Shown here in pieces: positions 12,357-25,134 of a DNA stretch of 64,000 nucleotides. The notes beneath the pieces are model-generated. The model did not search any database, was not told the DNA's origin, and was given only the letters and a program-made list of their open reading frames with translations. Origin of the DNA: Perkinsela sp. CCAP 1560/9 (taxonomy: Eukaryota; Protista; Euglenozoa: Kinetoplastea); contig CBFFSA010000017.1 in the NCBI GenBank assembly GCA_965644495.1, positions 62,001 to 126,000 of the forward strand, written 5' to 3'. A program made the translations under genes and the position numbers. Within the stretch, counting starts at the first letter, position 1. The number at the start of each line of letters is the position of its first letter.

Positions 12357-15300
12357 GTCTGGTTCGGAGGGAAGAATAAGATACAGCTTCCTGATTTACT
12401 ACACGATCAAGGCATAAGATGTGAGTTTGAAATCATAAAAATTCTTGGCGCATACATCGGTGATCCAGATTGTATCAGTCAGAAACTTTGTGACATTCTA
12501 CAGAAGCACCAATCAGCATTTCGTAGACTAAAAAAAATGGGGATCAACAATGTGTCCACTCTACTACTATCAAAGTGCGTAAACATCAGACACCGTTACC
12601 ACATTCGGGTACATGATCCACAACAAACTCTGGATATGGCCTCTAATTTCGACGCAGAAGTAAATAAAACCCTCAAGGCTTGGCTAGGCAACCTCACGGA
12701 CCGACAGATATCTTGGCCGAAGTAGTACTCCTACAACGGCACGAAAAAAATCTCGCCCCACTATTCTCACCGCATCAATACGGGGTAATGGTCAAATCAG
12801 GTTGTGAGCGTGTCGTACACGAACTGCGCGAAAGGTACATAGAAGGCTGCAACATTCTGTCAATTGATCTTAAAAATGCGTTCAATTCTCCTTCGCGAGA
12901 TGAAATCGCTAAAGCAGTCTTCGCCTTCAGCTCCCTACGTCCCTTCTATCGACTATTTTGCGCAGAATACGGAAGCCCATCTGAACTTTTGTTTTATGGA
13001 AAAGATGGTAAACTTTGCAATAGTCATGAGCGCGGCGGGCGTGCGCCAAGGATCGCCACTGTCCTCAGTACTATTTTGTGCCTTTCTCCAACCAATGCTC
13101 GAGACGATTGCCGATGAATTTCCAAGTATCCGCATATATGCTTTTGTGGATGACATAAGCTTTGCTTCGCAGGACGCCGACCTTCTGACTTCTGCGTTCC
13201 TCCGCATACGTGAGCTATTAGCCGAAAAGCGTGTTGAAATGTCCCCTACAAAATGTGTTTGGTTTAATGGAATCGAAAATGTGCCAATTCCGCGTGCGCT
13301 ACAAAATGAGGGAGTAACGTCGGAATCAGGTTCAACAAAAATTCTTGGTGCGTTTGTCGGAGAAACCCAACGAGTGAGCGACCAGCTCGTGCTAAAATTG
13401 AGAAAACACCAGACGGCATTCAGGCGTTTGAACCAGATGGGCGCCAGCAACGTGTCGTTTGTCTTACTTTCGCGGTGTGTGAATGTAAGACATCGGTATC
13501 ACATACGCGTCCATGATCCCGAAAGTTCCCTCGAGCTCACTCGACGATTTGATCAAGAGGTGACTAACACTCTCAAGACGTGGTTTGGTAAATTTTCCGC
13601 GAATCAAATATCATGGGCGAGACTCCCATTGAAAAAGGGAGGACTCGGCCTCACACCCTCCGAACAAATTCGAGAGGCTGCGTTCAATAAATCGAAACAA
13701 CAGGCAATGGAGCGACCAGTCTATCTTTCAGCTCCCGTCTGTGGCTTTGAATCAAGTGAGCGCACGCCGATGCTGTCTCAGGGTGAGTCGCAAACCCCGA
13801 CCGACGAACCAACCTCAGAAGAATTGTACCATCAAGACATTCGCGACAGGCTCATGGAGACTCCTCGTCAAGCTGACATTATCCGAGCCGCGAGTACCAA
13901 AGGTAATTACTCTTGGCTGCAATCATGTGCTAAACTGATTCCCCCACGACTTTGTACGCTTGCTGTCATGCCAAGACTCGGTATAGCACACCCTAAGCTC
14001 CCAAGTCATCTAAAATGCCCAGGTTGCCATATCCTGCTTACGAGTGATAACGCCCTGGCACATGTATCAGGATGCACTAACTGTACGGGGAACAATGCAA
14101 CGGCTAAACACAATCGAATGGTACGCTGTCTGTACGAATTGTGTATAAAAGCCGGAATACCTTGCGAGATCGAACCGCGCCAATTTTCATCATACACTTG
14201 CTCTAAATGTAGCGCCGTGGTCGATGGTGACAACAAACGTACACATCAAAGAGTATGCAGCTCAGGGTCATTCTATCATTCAGGTCCCGATTTAGTGATC
14301 CATTGGGCAAGTGGCGACATCTTTTACGATTTTACAATCGTTCACGAGCTCTCCCCGTCTAAAGTATCCAGATCCGGTGCACAGCTAATGCGCGAAGTTA
14401 TACGACGAAAGCATAATACCTACGTTCTTTCCAAGCAAATACCAAGCCACCAATTTCGATGTATACCTATGCTATCGGGAGGCGCTTTGCACGGGAACAC
14501 GAAAATCCTTCTGCATACACTGGCCGATGCGTGTGGGCTCGAACGGGAGAGAGCCATTCAAGATTTCGTGCTTCGTTTGCAAGAACTCCACGGATCAGTC
14601 ATTATCGGTCAGCTCAGACAATTTTTCCTACCGTTGGAAGACGATGAAATGGCTTTCTAGGAAGGCAAGGAATAGCTGCAGAATCCTCACAAATCGGGGT
14701 GTATGATACGGCGTATGGTAAGTGTTTTTTTTGAGATACGGGAAGTTTATGCGATACGTGAACATTCGTGATATTTTGGGATACGGGACATATGTGCGAT
14801 ATGTGAACACGTGTGATATAGGAAAGAATTGCCTCTTCAGGAGGTTTTCTAAAAAAACCATCGAGTCAATCTTGGCTACGTCTACCGACGCGCAAGGGTG
14901 GACTGGGAATCACCCCCATCGAACCACTACGTGAATCTTCGTACAGCGCTTCAAAATTTGCTGCTCTTGAGCATCGAAAACCCTCTTCAGCTCGGGCAAC
15001 CCAAACGATGAATGCGCCAACTCCGGTTGATGGTGATTCTCGCGACCCCTACATCAATTTCGATGAGCAAGCTAGTGAAGCAAAATACCACAACAAGGTC
15101 CGTCAAGCCTTAATAGAGGAAAAAACACTTGCGCCCATCATCAAACTAGCGTCTCACAAGGGTCAATACGCTTGGCTCACATCCAAAGCTCGTCTAGTGC
15201 CTAGTTCAGCATTCAAATTATCGATTATGCCGAGATTCGCACTACACCACCCACAAATCCCGGACGATGTTCAATGCCCTGGGTGCAAAAGTCTCCTTAC

Positions 15301-16000
15301 GTCATCTACCATACTAAATCATATCCCTGGGTGCGCAAAATGTGCAGGAGTAAATGTGACAACCAAACACCACGCCTTAGTTCGGTACATCTATGAGCTT
15401 TGCTTGAAGAGCGGCCTCACCTGTGAAAAAGAACCTCGGCAATTTTCTTCATTTCAGTGCTCCGGATGCCAGAATAGTGTAACCGAGGAAAATCTCACAG
15501 AACACCAGCGCAGCTGTCGCGGCAGTGTCCGCAGATCTGGGCCCGACCTTATGATCTACTGGGCAGACGGTCCGATGTATTATGACCTAACTGTAGTTCA
15601 CGAGTTTTCAGCAGCTCACATAAACAAAACGCCTCAAAAAATGATGAACGAAGTCATCACGAAGAAACGCGACCGTTACGTAACTTCTGGGATGATTGCG
15701 AATGATCGTTTCATGTGTATCCCTGTCCTTTCGGGTGGAGCGCTACATAAGCATACAAAACGTCTATTAACAGCTTTAGCAGATCGTTGCCTTATTTCAC
15801 GGCAACATATATTAGAAGACTTTGCCCTGTACCTCCAAGAACTGAACGGGAACATAGTTCTGTTGCAGATGCAAAAATATTTAACTCCCGACAAGGAAGA
15901 ACAATACACCATATAAGTTCAGACAGTGGACCAAAAGAGATGATCTCCCTCTCGTTTTTAATCAGACAGGAAAATGCATGTTTGTTCTGCTATTAAAGCT
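12357..16000 (+). mobile_element. 5'-truncated group-A CRE copy split by a nested insertion; C-terminal ORF 15008-15916
   Basis: 12357-12717 and 14869-15500 are contiguous reverse complements of 5357-6340; TSD ATCTTGGC at 12710-12717 and 14869-14876. Confidence 0.9.
12718..14868 (+). mobile_element. Nested 5'-truncated group-A CRE element (frameshift near 13020; stop at 14660)
   Basis: ORFs 12680-13117 and 12864-14660: IDLKNAFN, GVRQGSPLS, FVDD, CPGC, SGPDL; A7 at 14851; 8-bp TSD. Confidence 0.9.
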
Positions 16001-16021
16001 AGTTTACATGTAAAGGCCGAC

Positions 16022-16370
16022 CCCCCTTCTATAGTAAACTCGGCCCCCATGATCATCTATACATCGAAAATATTCTGGTTCCAGACCTTTTCCCACTATA
16101 TAAGATGTACATTTATAGAGCAACAAGAACTCTCAAAACAAGATCGAACCCCCATACGAGCAGAACTACGTGCTTTTCTACAAGCCTTGACAATCGGACA
16201 TCAACAAGAAGGAGACTTCGTGGTGCATGTAGACTCCGAGCACGTATGGCAGTTTTGGCATCGACATCGCATCAGTTTTCAACTAGATGGTTATACAACA
16301 CTCGAAAATGCGGATCTATTAAAGAAAATTGGTGATAAGGCGCAATGTATACTTGAGACGGCAAATGTTT
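16022..16370 (+). pseudogene. RNase H-like fragment (probably from a LINE)
   Basis: RAELRAFLQAL, VHVDSEHV and LENADLL match RNase H motifs; first motif is degenerate (IIYTSK). Confidence 0.55.
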
Positions 16371-16648
16371 GTTTGTTTGTTTGTTTTTCAGGTAAAAACC
16401 CCGTAGACGGGGTGTTGCCTCCTCGGAGAGAGCCGAAGGTAGCTCCGACCCGCACGACCCATGCGCAGACCTAAAAGGATTGCAGCACAGAGCCAATGCA
16501 AGCCGATCCAGCTAACGCGCAGACTGAAAGTCCGCTGCGGGAAGCTGGATTAGCTAGGAGAGTGGGGTTCGCCACACCCCGACACTGGAAAAAAGCAGTG
16601 CTCCTTGACCCCTTGCCTGCTTGCTGGCATAGTTTGGGAGTGTCGACT

Positions 16649-16760
16649 CTCAGCTTCAACGGTTTTAGCACCTCAGCTTCAACGGACCAAGTCTTCTAGG
16701 GTGGTATCCCCTCGAGCGGACTGGCTCCTCAGCTTCAACAGGCCAAACCTCAGCTTCAAC
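16649..16760 (+). repeat. CTCAGCTTCAAC x4, irregularly spaced
   Basis: Exact copies at 16649, 16672, 16728 and 16749. Confidence 0.85.
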
Positions 16761-17150
16761 AAGCTCGTATCTCTCCAAATTGTTACCCTAGCCCCGTTAT
16801 CATGGGCTAGTTGCAAGCCGCAGAAAGAAAGAAAAAAGAAAAGAAAAGCGTGAATGACGCCTACCCTAGTTTTTTAGTACCTTGTTATATTCGGTACCGG
16901 GCGGCGCCATTCTTCGAGATGCAGCGTGAGGGGGTAGCAGAGGGGATGAAGGGAAAGAGTGGGAAGGGAAAGAGTGGCGCAGGTGGGAGCAGGGAGGGAG
17001 GGGGAATAGGCGGCGAAGGGGACGGCGCAGTGGGTGGGGGGGCGAAAAGCGGCGCGGCAGAGCGATGCAGGGGGCAACAGAGGGCGACCAAGGGGGTGGC
17101 GAGGGGTGGGCGAAGGCAACGAAGAAAAAAAAAGAAAAAAACAGCGGCGT

Positions 17151-17205
17151 TAACGATAAAGCTACAGTTTCTGTACCTTGTTGATACAGTTTCTGTACCT
17201 TGTTG
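17151..17205 (+). other. Tandem spliced-leader exons (33 nt + 22 nt)
   Basis: TAACGATAAAGCTACAGTTTCTGTACCTTGTTG + ATACAGTTTCTGTACCTTGTTG; contains the conserved euglenozoan SL core ACAGTTTCTGTAC. Confidence 0.9.
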
Positions 17206-17352
17206 AGCAATTCTTTTCTTAATCTTTCTCACGTTCCATGGTTCTAACTCGCTCTAAAGCAAAACAGGAATCCAACTTTGATCGCGAAGCGGGCGCGCAC
17301 AAGCTCGGTTCATGGGACCAGTTTCAGGCAAACAAAGACCTGGTGAAAGGCG
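17206..17352 (+). pseudogene. 5' stub of the LsmAD-CRE family (MVLTRSKAK, ATG at 17238)
   Basis: Matches 46940-47094 with a small deletion. Confidence 0.85.
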
Positions 17353-17600
17353 ACACTGAAAAGATAATGCGGGAATCAATCCGGATGCGACGTACGTTGC
17401 TTGCTTCCGTTTAATGGCTTCATTAATGAGGCGTCCACATTTTTGTTGAATTCGCGACGGCGCTAGCTCATGAATGACGGTCAGATCGTAGTAGATTTCT
17501 CCGCTTTGCCAATGGATAACCAAATCAGGCCCATTGCGATGAGTCTGTCTACCAGCACACACTTTCGAGTGGTTGTAGCTTGTTTCTTCGGTGATGGGTG
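17353..17600 (-). pseudogene. Group-A CRE RLE fragment
   Basis: HRNGPDLVIHW...YYDLTVIHE. Confidence 0.8.
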
Positions 17601-17601
17601 C

Positions 17602-18533
17602 TTTCTGTACCTTGTTTTTTTTTTTTTGATTTAATCGCTATGACACGCCTTGCCCACGCACGCCTTGCTCGAGCAGACTCTCAGACATCGAAAGGCTTGG
17701 GCCTGAAAACAGGTAGACTAAAAGTGAAATCACGAATGCAAGACAAGAGGGGCCAAGAGAACAGTGAGAAAAAGTGCATAGTCAATGACGTTTCGGGTGA
17801 CACTTTTGATGAGACTATTCCCCCCACCACGACAAAGACGCGCATACCTCGAATAAAAGCATCTACCCCCCCACCGACCAAACCGAAGAAAACGCCACGC
17901 ATCAGAATCGTCGGAGGAGAACCTCTTCTTTCAAAGATTTGGGCAGACCACGGGACTGACCAGGCCAATTACCTCCAGGGAAACCAGAACTCCGAAGAAG
18001 GATCTGTAGCACTGCCAAAAGATTGGGCTGGCCATGGCGAACAACACGGCGAGCATTCCGACAATATCATTAAAATCAAGCCTAAAACTTTTCGATTCAC
18101 GCCTTCAAACGCCCAATCAGCCTGCGACCCACAACAAACAAAAACGTCGGATATCGAAACGACTCAAGACTCAAGACTGATCCAGCGCGATATCGAAAAT
18201 GATGAGCAACTCTCTGAAGATTAAAGTGACGAGATGTCCCTTTACAGCGATTGTGGGGCCATCGAAGAGCTTGCAAATCGGGGCGCCGTTTCCAAAGCAC
18301 CGGATCATGTGCACAATGTCGTAGCAAAGTGGGGTAAAGGCACATCTTGCATAATCGAATGGGGATTCCGTCAGGAAACGACAAACTACGTATCGAAGGG
18401 AGTCGTCGTAGGCAGAACATCTCGCAAAGGACTAATAAAAATCAAGATTTCATATGCACCAGCCCAAGGCAGCGAAGGTTCAAGTGGATTCCTTTACCTT
18501 CCGCAGACAAGCAAAATCAGAATCTGTTCCATA
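17602..18533 (+). pseudogene. SL-capped 5' fragment of a group-A CRE element (ATG at 17640, in-frame TAA at 18222)
   Basis: TTTCTGTACCTTGTT at 17602-17616; APDHV...WGKGT...SRKG...LPQ aligns with the 10752 element; 5' end repeated at 20549-20604. Confidence 0.8.
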
Positions 18534-20545
18534 TTTTTTTTTCTTTTTTTTTTTGAATTATAATATTGAAATTCAATATTCGGTATTATGATAGTTTCTT
18601 GATATATTTTTTTTACTACCATTGCCGCGAACTTGTACCCAGCCGTGTTAGCCTCTTCCCGTTGTCTTTTTTTTTGCACAAACATAGTTCAACAACAACA
18701 ACAACAACACTGATATAATCAGTTAAGGGGTTAATATTTTCCCTTGAACATCTTCACACCTTAGATTAAAAAGTTTTCTGTTCTGGCGCTACCCCCCATT
18801 ATGATGGGGAGGTAAAAAAACTAAGAGTTTACGCGTCTTTGTAAGCTCTATATCTAAATCTGTGTAGTATTGATATAAGAAATATCTCATCGTATGTTCA
18901 TAGTATTAAATTGCCTTTTGAGACGCTTCTGTATCTACTGCTAAGAACTTTCGCAGTTGAGCATAAATTTGTGACTCATTTAGCTCTTGTAGCAATAGTT
19001 TAAATGATAAGATGGCATTGTTCCTGTCCGTAAGCGACGCATCTGCAAGTTCGTGAATCAGGTTTAACGTGTTCGCGTGGAGTGACCCAGAGGAGAGCAC
19101 CGGTAGGCAAAGAAACGACTCTTCGGATATCATACCTGATCGGACATACGTTTCTATTTTACGTTCAGTCGCTTCTTTCATCAGTTGTCCTGGATGGCTC
19201 TTCGCGTGTGTGGCTGCCAATTCGTGAATCACGGTTAAGTCGTAGAAAACAGCTCCCGTATTCCAGTATATGACGATATCTGGTCCTGAGCGGTGATAAT
19301 TTTTGCCACTGCATGTTTTATGGTGCAATTGATGATTATCTTGGTCAACGGTTCGTTTGCATGTGAGGCATGTCCATGTGCTGAAATGTCGTGGCTCTCT
19401 TTCACAGGGGATCCCCGTTTTGATGCATAGATCATAGATATACTTTACGAGGGCGTTATGTTTCGATGTCGCGTTAAAGCCTGGGCATTGCACACAGCCT
19501 GGGATATGTATCAGGGCGCTTCGTCCGTCCAGTATTTTCCGGCACCCGGGACACAATAAATTCTGTGGGATTTTCGGATGTGAGATTCCAAGCCGAGGCA
19601 TTACGGATAAAGAGAAGACATGTGGTGATACGTATCGTGTCGCAGCTGTAATCCAGTCGTAACTACCTTTCCTGGACGTGTTTTTAAGAATCGAATTCAT
19701 GTGAGGACCCTGATTTAGTTTTTGCCAAGCTTTTTCGTGTAGTTTTGCAGCTGTCGTGATCTCGTCTTCCGGTGGAATTTGTTGCTCGTTGCTGACTTGC
19801 ATTTGCCCTGATATGCCACTTTGAGCTGTAGAAGGCTTTTGGCGCCCAAAGATCGCATATCGAGACGATTTGTAAGCAGCTTCCCGCGTGGGTTTGCACG
19901 CGGTGAGCCCCAAACCACCTTTCTTAAGGGGTGATCTAGCAAGCTCAATTTGTTGTGTCCGAAGCTTGCCCAACCACGATTCCAACACTGCCTCAACGTT
20001 CTTATCAAATCTCTCAGATACGCGCTCGGTGGCGTCAGGGTGATGTACTCTCATTTGATATTGCTGTCGCACGTTGACGCATTTTGTTAGTAAGCTGAGC
20101 GAAACATTGGACATTCCCATTGTTTTTAGACGACGAAAAATATTGTCATGCCCTTCGAGTGTATGAACTAGGCATTTGTCTACGTTGTCAGTATCCCCTA
20201 TGAAGGCTCCTAAAATCTTAGTTGCGTCATCTTCTGTTTGCACTCCTTCCTTTCTAAGTGTCTGCGGAATGGTCTTCTTGTAGATTCCACCGAACCAGAC
20301 GCATTTCTCGGTTGATAATTCTAAACGTTTCTCCGTCAATAGTTCTCTCAGGCTTGTAAATGCGTTTGCAAGCATTTCTGGATTTTTAGAAGCGAGGGTA
20401 ATATCATCAGTGAATGCGTTGACCGTGACCTCTGGAAACTCATGCGCTATTCTTTCGAGTATGGGTTGTAGGTAGGCGCAAAAGTAGAGAGTAGCCAAAG
20501 GAGATCCTTGTCTTAACCCCGCAGTGCTGGGTATCGCCTCAACGA
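18534..20545 (-). mobile_element. 5'-truncated group-A CRE element with poly(A)
   Basis: ORF 18906-20498 (FTDD, KGGLG, CPGC, RSGPD, YDLTVIHE); T-run at 18534-18555. Confidence 0.85.
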
Positions 20546-20724
20546 ACCTACCTTTTTTTTTGATTTAATCGCTATGACACGCCTTGCCCACGCACGCCTT
20601 GCTCCTTTACCACGAACGCCCAGCTGCTTGCTCCTTTACCACACTTTTTAGTATTTTTTTTTTGTGGTTTAATAGGGGGGAAGAGTATGAGTTCTAACTT
20701 TCTATGAATGTACGGTATCAGTTC

Positions 20725-23700
20725 TTTTTTTTTTTTTTTTCAAATTTATCTCTATAAATCAATCTACAACAAATCACTCTATTTAACGAAACCAAACCAA
20801 AGAAAAGAAAAAGAAAAAAAAATTGCATCACCCTCTAATTCAGGAGCAGAGGTGGATCCGGGTCATCTTCTGCCATCCGCGCCACCATCATACGAGCCTG
20901 AGCTCGCATTAAAGTGACATTCAAGTCACGGATGAGATTTGCCGTCGCCGTTCCCCTGTCCATCGTCCCTTGGGACGTAGCAGAGCGCCACGCTCCAACC
21001 TTCTTAAGCACAGCGAGGGCGCTGTCGGACCACGAGCCATAGGAGCCTACGACCATGGCCGCGAAGTCGTGCCCAGCAGTCTCGGCGTCCCGTCGCTGCA
21101 CCTGCTTATGGCTTGTGGCATAGCTCTCGGCGAATGATCCCGCCGTCACCCCGTTAGCGTTACGGACGAGGTCCGCGTATTTGGGTTGCTGAACGTGGGT
21201 AACGGCGAAATCAAGCACCAGAGACTTGCCTAAGCCAATGCTGGGCAAAACGACATCACCAGGCCTCGTGGGCGCTCCAGCGGGACCGCGATTGCCAAGA
21301 CTTACCTCCCGTTGGGGGGCGAGGTGCGCCTTACTGCAGAAATCGACAAATTGACACGCCAGCGCGTTGTGGCGCGTCATGATGCCATGTCCACACTTAC
21401 AGGACACGGCATGGTCGCCTTTTGGTCCCAACGGTTGCTGACACCTCCCCATAGGACAGGGCCGCGTTCCGGGGTAAATGTCTGCTCCCAACCACCAGCG
21501 GGACAAGGCGCGAAACTCAGTAGGAGTGTAAGAGTATCCTCTCTCCTTGGAGGGAATAACGAATGCCCAACTCGCGGCCCCTCTCCCAGTTTGCGAAATC
21601 AAACGTGCGCGTGTGTTGAAGTCTGCTGCCTCATATGCTGAAGAAAATTCCCGGTCGCCTATCTCGCGACAAAGGTGTTTCTGTCGCGGGATAATCAGCT
21701 TTTCATTCATCCCGGCATCTAGGCTGTGATCATGGTGTGCATTGAGAGGTTTGGTTGATGCGTTATAATCTTTGTGGATTAGTGCCTCCTGTATTTTGCC
21801 GGTTGTCGAATCCACCAAAGTCTTTCCCGCCTGGCGGTTAACACGCTCCACTGCCTCGGAAAACCATTTCGCCTCGTACGGTGCCCAGTCATCTTGAGAA
21901 CCCGCAAAGGCTGCTGAAGAGACATAAGCTGCAGATGAATGTATAACGGAGGATCTTAGGCCAAAACCACCGTGTCTCTTGTCGCGTTGGATTTGTGCTC
22001 GTGCCGGGGCGTCTAGAGGACAGAGTATAAGCTCCGTAGCGCGGAGCACGGCGTTATCAAGCCTCTGACAGAGGTCTACCATGTATTTTGGTGGCGTTGT
22101 GCGGAGGGAGTAGACTAATTGGCAAAAGCCAGCGCAGTGGCGAATTAGCGTGAGGGCTACCTGTGGGTCTTCTAGTATGCCTATCGCCTTTAGAGTTGCT
22201 TCCGCAGGTTCGATCGCAAACTCACGTAGGTATTCAATACAGAACTCTTCTGACCCTACTGGGCTACCCAAAATGCTAAAGTTTCCTTCGTGATTTTTCA
22301 TTCTGGCTGGGATGGTAGTGAATGAGTCCGTGCAACGCGAGGATACCGGATGAGATATTATCTCGCATTTACTCGCATTAAGATGGAGCCCCCACTGAGG
22401 TCCCGCACATGCTATAGCATCCAACGCCCTCCGTACGCTGTCGGATTTTCCGGCTAAAACACCGTCATCGAGATACCAAAGGTGCAAGAGGAGTCCGCTG
22501 GGCACTTCATTCTCGATCAGTTCAGTAATCTCTCGCAGAACCATGGAGAAAAGGAGGGGCCCTAAAGGGTCCCCCTGTTGAACTCCTTCGGTGGAGGCAA
22601 CTGTTTGAGAACCATATGTGAGTGCGCTATCGGTGGCGTAGCACCAATTTATCCAAGGAGTCAACTCGGGGAAGTGCTTTTCTGATAGGGATATGAACGC
22701 CGCCCTGGAAACCGTATTGAATGCGTTACGAAGGTCCACCTTGCATAAGACAAATTCTGGGTCATTCTTTGTGGACTCCACCACTTGGCGGCAGAGGTGG
22801 ATAACCCTTTCGGATCCAGATGCCGTTGCCACACCATATTGACGTCCTTGGAAAAGTGTGCTAGCTTTGGACTTTACAACAGAGCAGGCAGCCTTGCTGA
22901 CCATGCGGCGCAACGTTTCCCCTGCTGCGATAGGTCTTACATCATTTTGCCCTTTCTGCAATGCACACAATCGAGCCCCTGCGTAATATTTTTGTGCTTC
23001 AACTGGAGCCTTACCGGCGAGTAGGTGATTGGCAAGCTTTGTGAGACTCTCGAGGGGATGAACATCCGTGTCAGTTCCAGCGAATAATGCCGCTTGTATG
23101 TGTTCCGCTCGTAGCGCCATGGTTCCACCTGAGGAGCCCCTGTTAAAGCTTTGGATCGCCTTTCGTACATCATCCTCATTGACAGTCAAGGAAATGATTT
23201 CGTTGGAGGACGGTGCGCTTTGGCGTAGTGGACCGAACAGCCGGCTCGGGTGCTTGTTGACTAGTTTGTTATATGTCTCCTCATTGTCGGGTGCCATTGG
23301 CGCCGAAGTGAGTGCAGCTATTCCTCGAGAAACTTCTCCTTGACGGACCAGTAGTTCGGAGCGAATCGCTTTCTTTTCCTCATCCAGTAGTGTACCTGCT
23401 CCGGATCCTTGCTTCCTCTTCTTCTGGTGTTCAAGTACAGCTTCTTTTCACAGGGCTGAATATTCGTGTGCTTCCCAGCGATCCAGACATTTCCGCACGT
23501 GGGAGGCGTACGAGCTATTTCCCTTTCGTCCTCTTCTATGCGGGGCTGGAAGGACACATTTCGGAAGCATCGCTAGTCGTGTCCATGCAGCGACGGTGTT
23601 CTCCCTCTCGGCTGTTGCGACGGTGGCTGTTAGGACCGTAGCCCACTGGCGTCGGCATCGGAAAGGAACGTCTTTGGACGTGGTCATAGGTGTTGTACAG

Positions 23701-24973
23701 ACGGTTCTTAGGCTAGGGAAACATGGTGGGTCTATAGTGGGCGGTAAGCTAGATTCCTCTGGCGTCTCTGAAGGGTACGCGGGGTCAGGAAGATCTGTTG
23801 TTGGTGATGGCTGTGTGGGAGGTGGGTCCGCCCCGTAGCATTGAATTGAATGGGCTTCCTTCTTGGTCAACACAAAATGTTTGTTGCACACCGTGCAAAG
23901 AAATCTGCCTTCACGTGCCCACCACTCTAGCGGTATGCCTTCGGCGTGTCGGGAGGCCACATGATTATAAAAAGCCTGCCATTTGCCGCCGTGGGATTGT
24001 GCGGACCACGCACATCCGTCTGCCGGACAGTACCGACGTTCCGGGAGGGGCGGGTCCCCCGCAGAATGAAGAGGTGGCACGACAGCTTCCGTTGCAGGAC
24101 CAGCTAGAGTCACAGCGCGGTGAGGGTCGCATAGTAGGGTCTCCTGAGTTGAGTCAGTCTCGCCGGTTGGGGATACAGGAATCAATAACTCAAAGCTAGG
24201 AGGATTGCTCAAGGTAACAGAGAACGAGGTGGGGGGAGCAGGTTGCGGTGAGACACAATTTCGTTTACGTGTGCAGAGGTTTAGCGTCACAGGGGGGTCA
24301 TGACCTGGTGCGGCAACGTCCTTGGAACGAAGTGAAAGCAGACCACGCGTTTTCAATATAATGCTCCCGACCAGGCATGCGACTGTCCAAGTCACCGCGC
24401 ATCCTAGGGCGAGGACGTTCCCTACAATAACGCTAGTGTACTTTAGTATGAAGAAGACGATCGTCACCAGTACGTATGCAAACTGTATGTATGTGATGGG
24501 AACTGTCAATAGGCGCCTCCACTGCGCCGTGCGGGCTGGGGCGTGTGCATGCTTACAGCACTGGTGTCTGCACGTCGACTTTACCTTGCAGCTGTGGTGG
24601 CACGGTTTCGTGGACAGATTTTCCTGCGTCGCGTGTGGCCGCGTGAATTCCGTACCAGTGTTGAGACCGCGCTTGCAACAACTGTGTTTGCATGTCAGTT
24701 TGTTTTTACATATGTGTTTGCAAGGATTAGTGGAATCTTCGCGAGGGAGATCAGAAATTTTTACCGGTGAATCCGTCGGAGAAGTTTTTGCGTCGTGGGG
24801 GTTTGGAAGCAAGGAATCCTTCAGGGGGCGGTTCTTATGTCCGCGGCACAAAGGTAAGGGTGGAGTTTCAATGTGTTGGCCCGAGCGTATGGCTACAGAG
24901 CGAGTCAACGCGACCATTTGGAGAGGATTAGGAAATAAATCAACAAGGTACAGAAACTGTATCTTTATCGTTA
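20725..24973 (-). mobile_element. Full-length SL-to-poly(A) group-B CRE element; 1360-codon ORF 24917-20835 with one TGA at 23448-23450
   Basis: SL at 24941-24973, T16 at 20725-20740; two zinc fingers, GVQQGDPLG, WYLDDG, RHN, RPGD, LDFAVTH; both ORF halves are in one frame and the TGA aligns with W of FLALWKEAV. Confidence 0.92.
24941..24973 (-). other. Spliced-leader exon (33 nt)
   Basis: TAACGATAAAGATACAGTTTCTGTACCTTGTTG, 23 nt before the ATG. Confidence 0.9.
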
Positions 24974-25134
24974 AAGACCCTGTTTTAGAACCCTGTTTTT
25001 TTTTTTACATTTGCCGTCTCAAGTATACATTGCGCCTTATCACCTGTCGTGATCTCGTCTTCCGGAATATAGTTTTATAAGATAATAACTTGGTACCGAA
25101 TGAGTAAACAGTTGCGTGGGTGACTGCTTTTTTT

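Noticed and set aside
17151-17205. SL RNA gene array or CRISPR-like repeats
   Set aside because: No common intron, promoter or regular spacing; each SL abuts a different UTR, and no cas genes are present
23448-23450. TGA at a Trp position as evidence of stop-codon reassignment
   Set aside because: Isolated case; the long ORFs contain many Trp residues with no other in-frame TGA, so a TGG>TGA mutation is simpler
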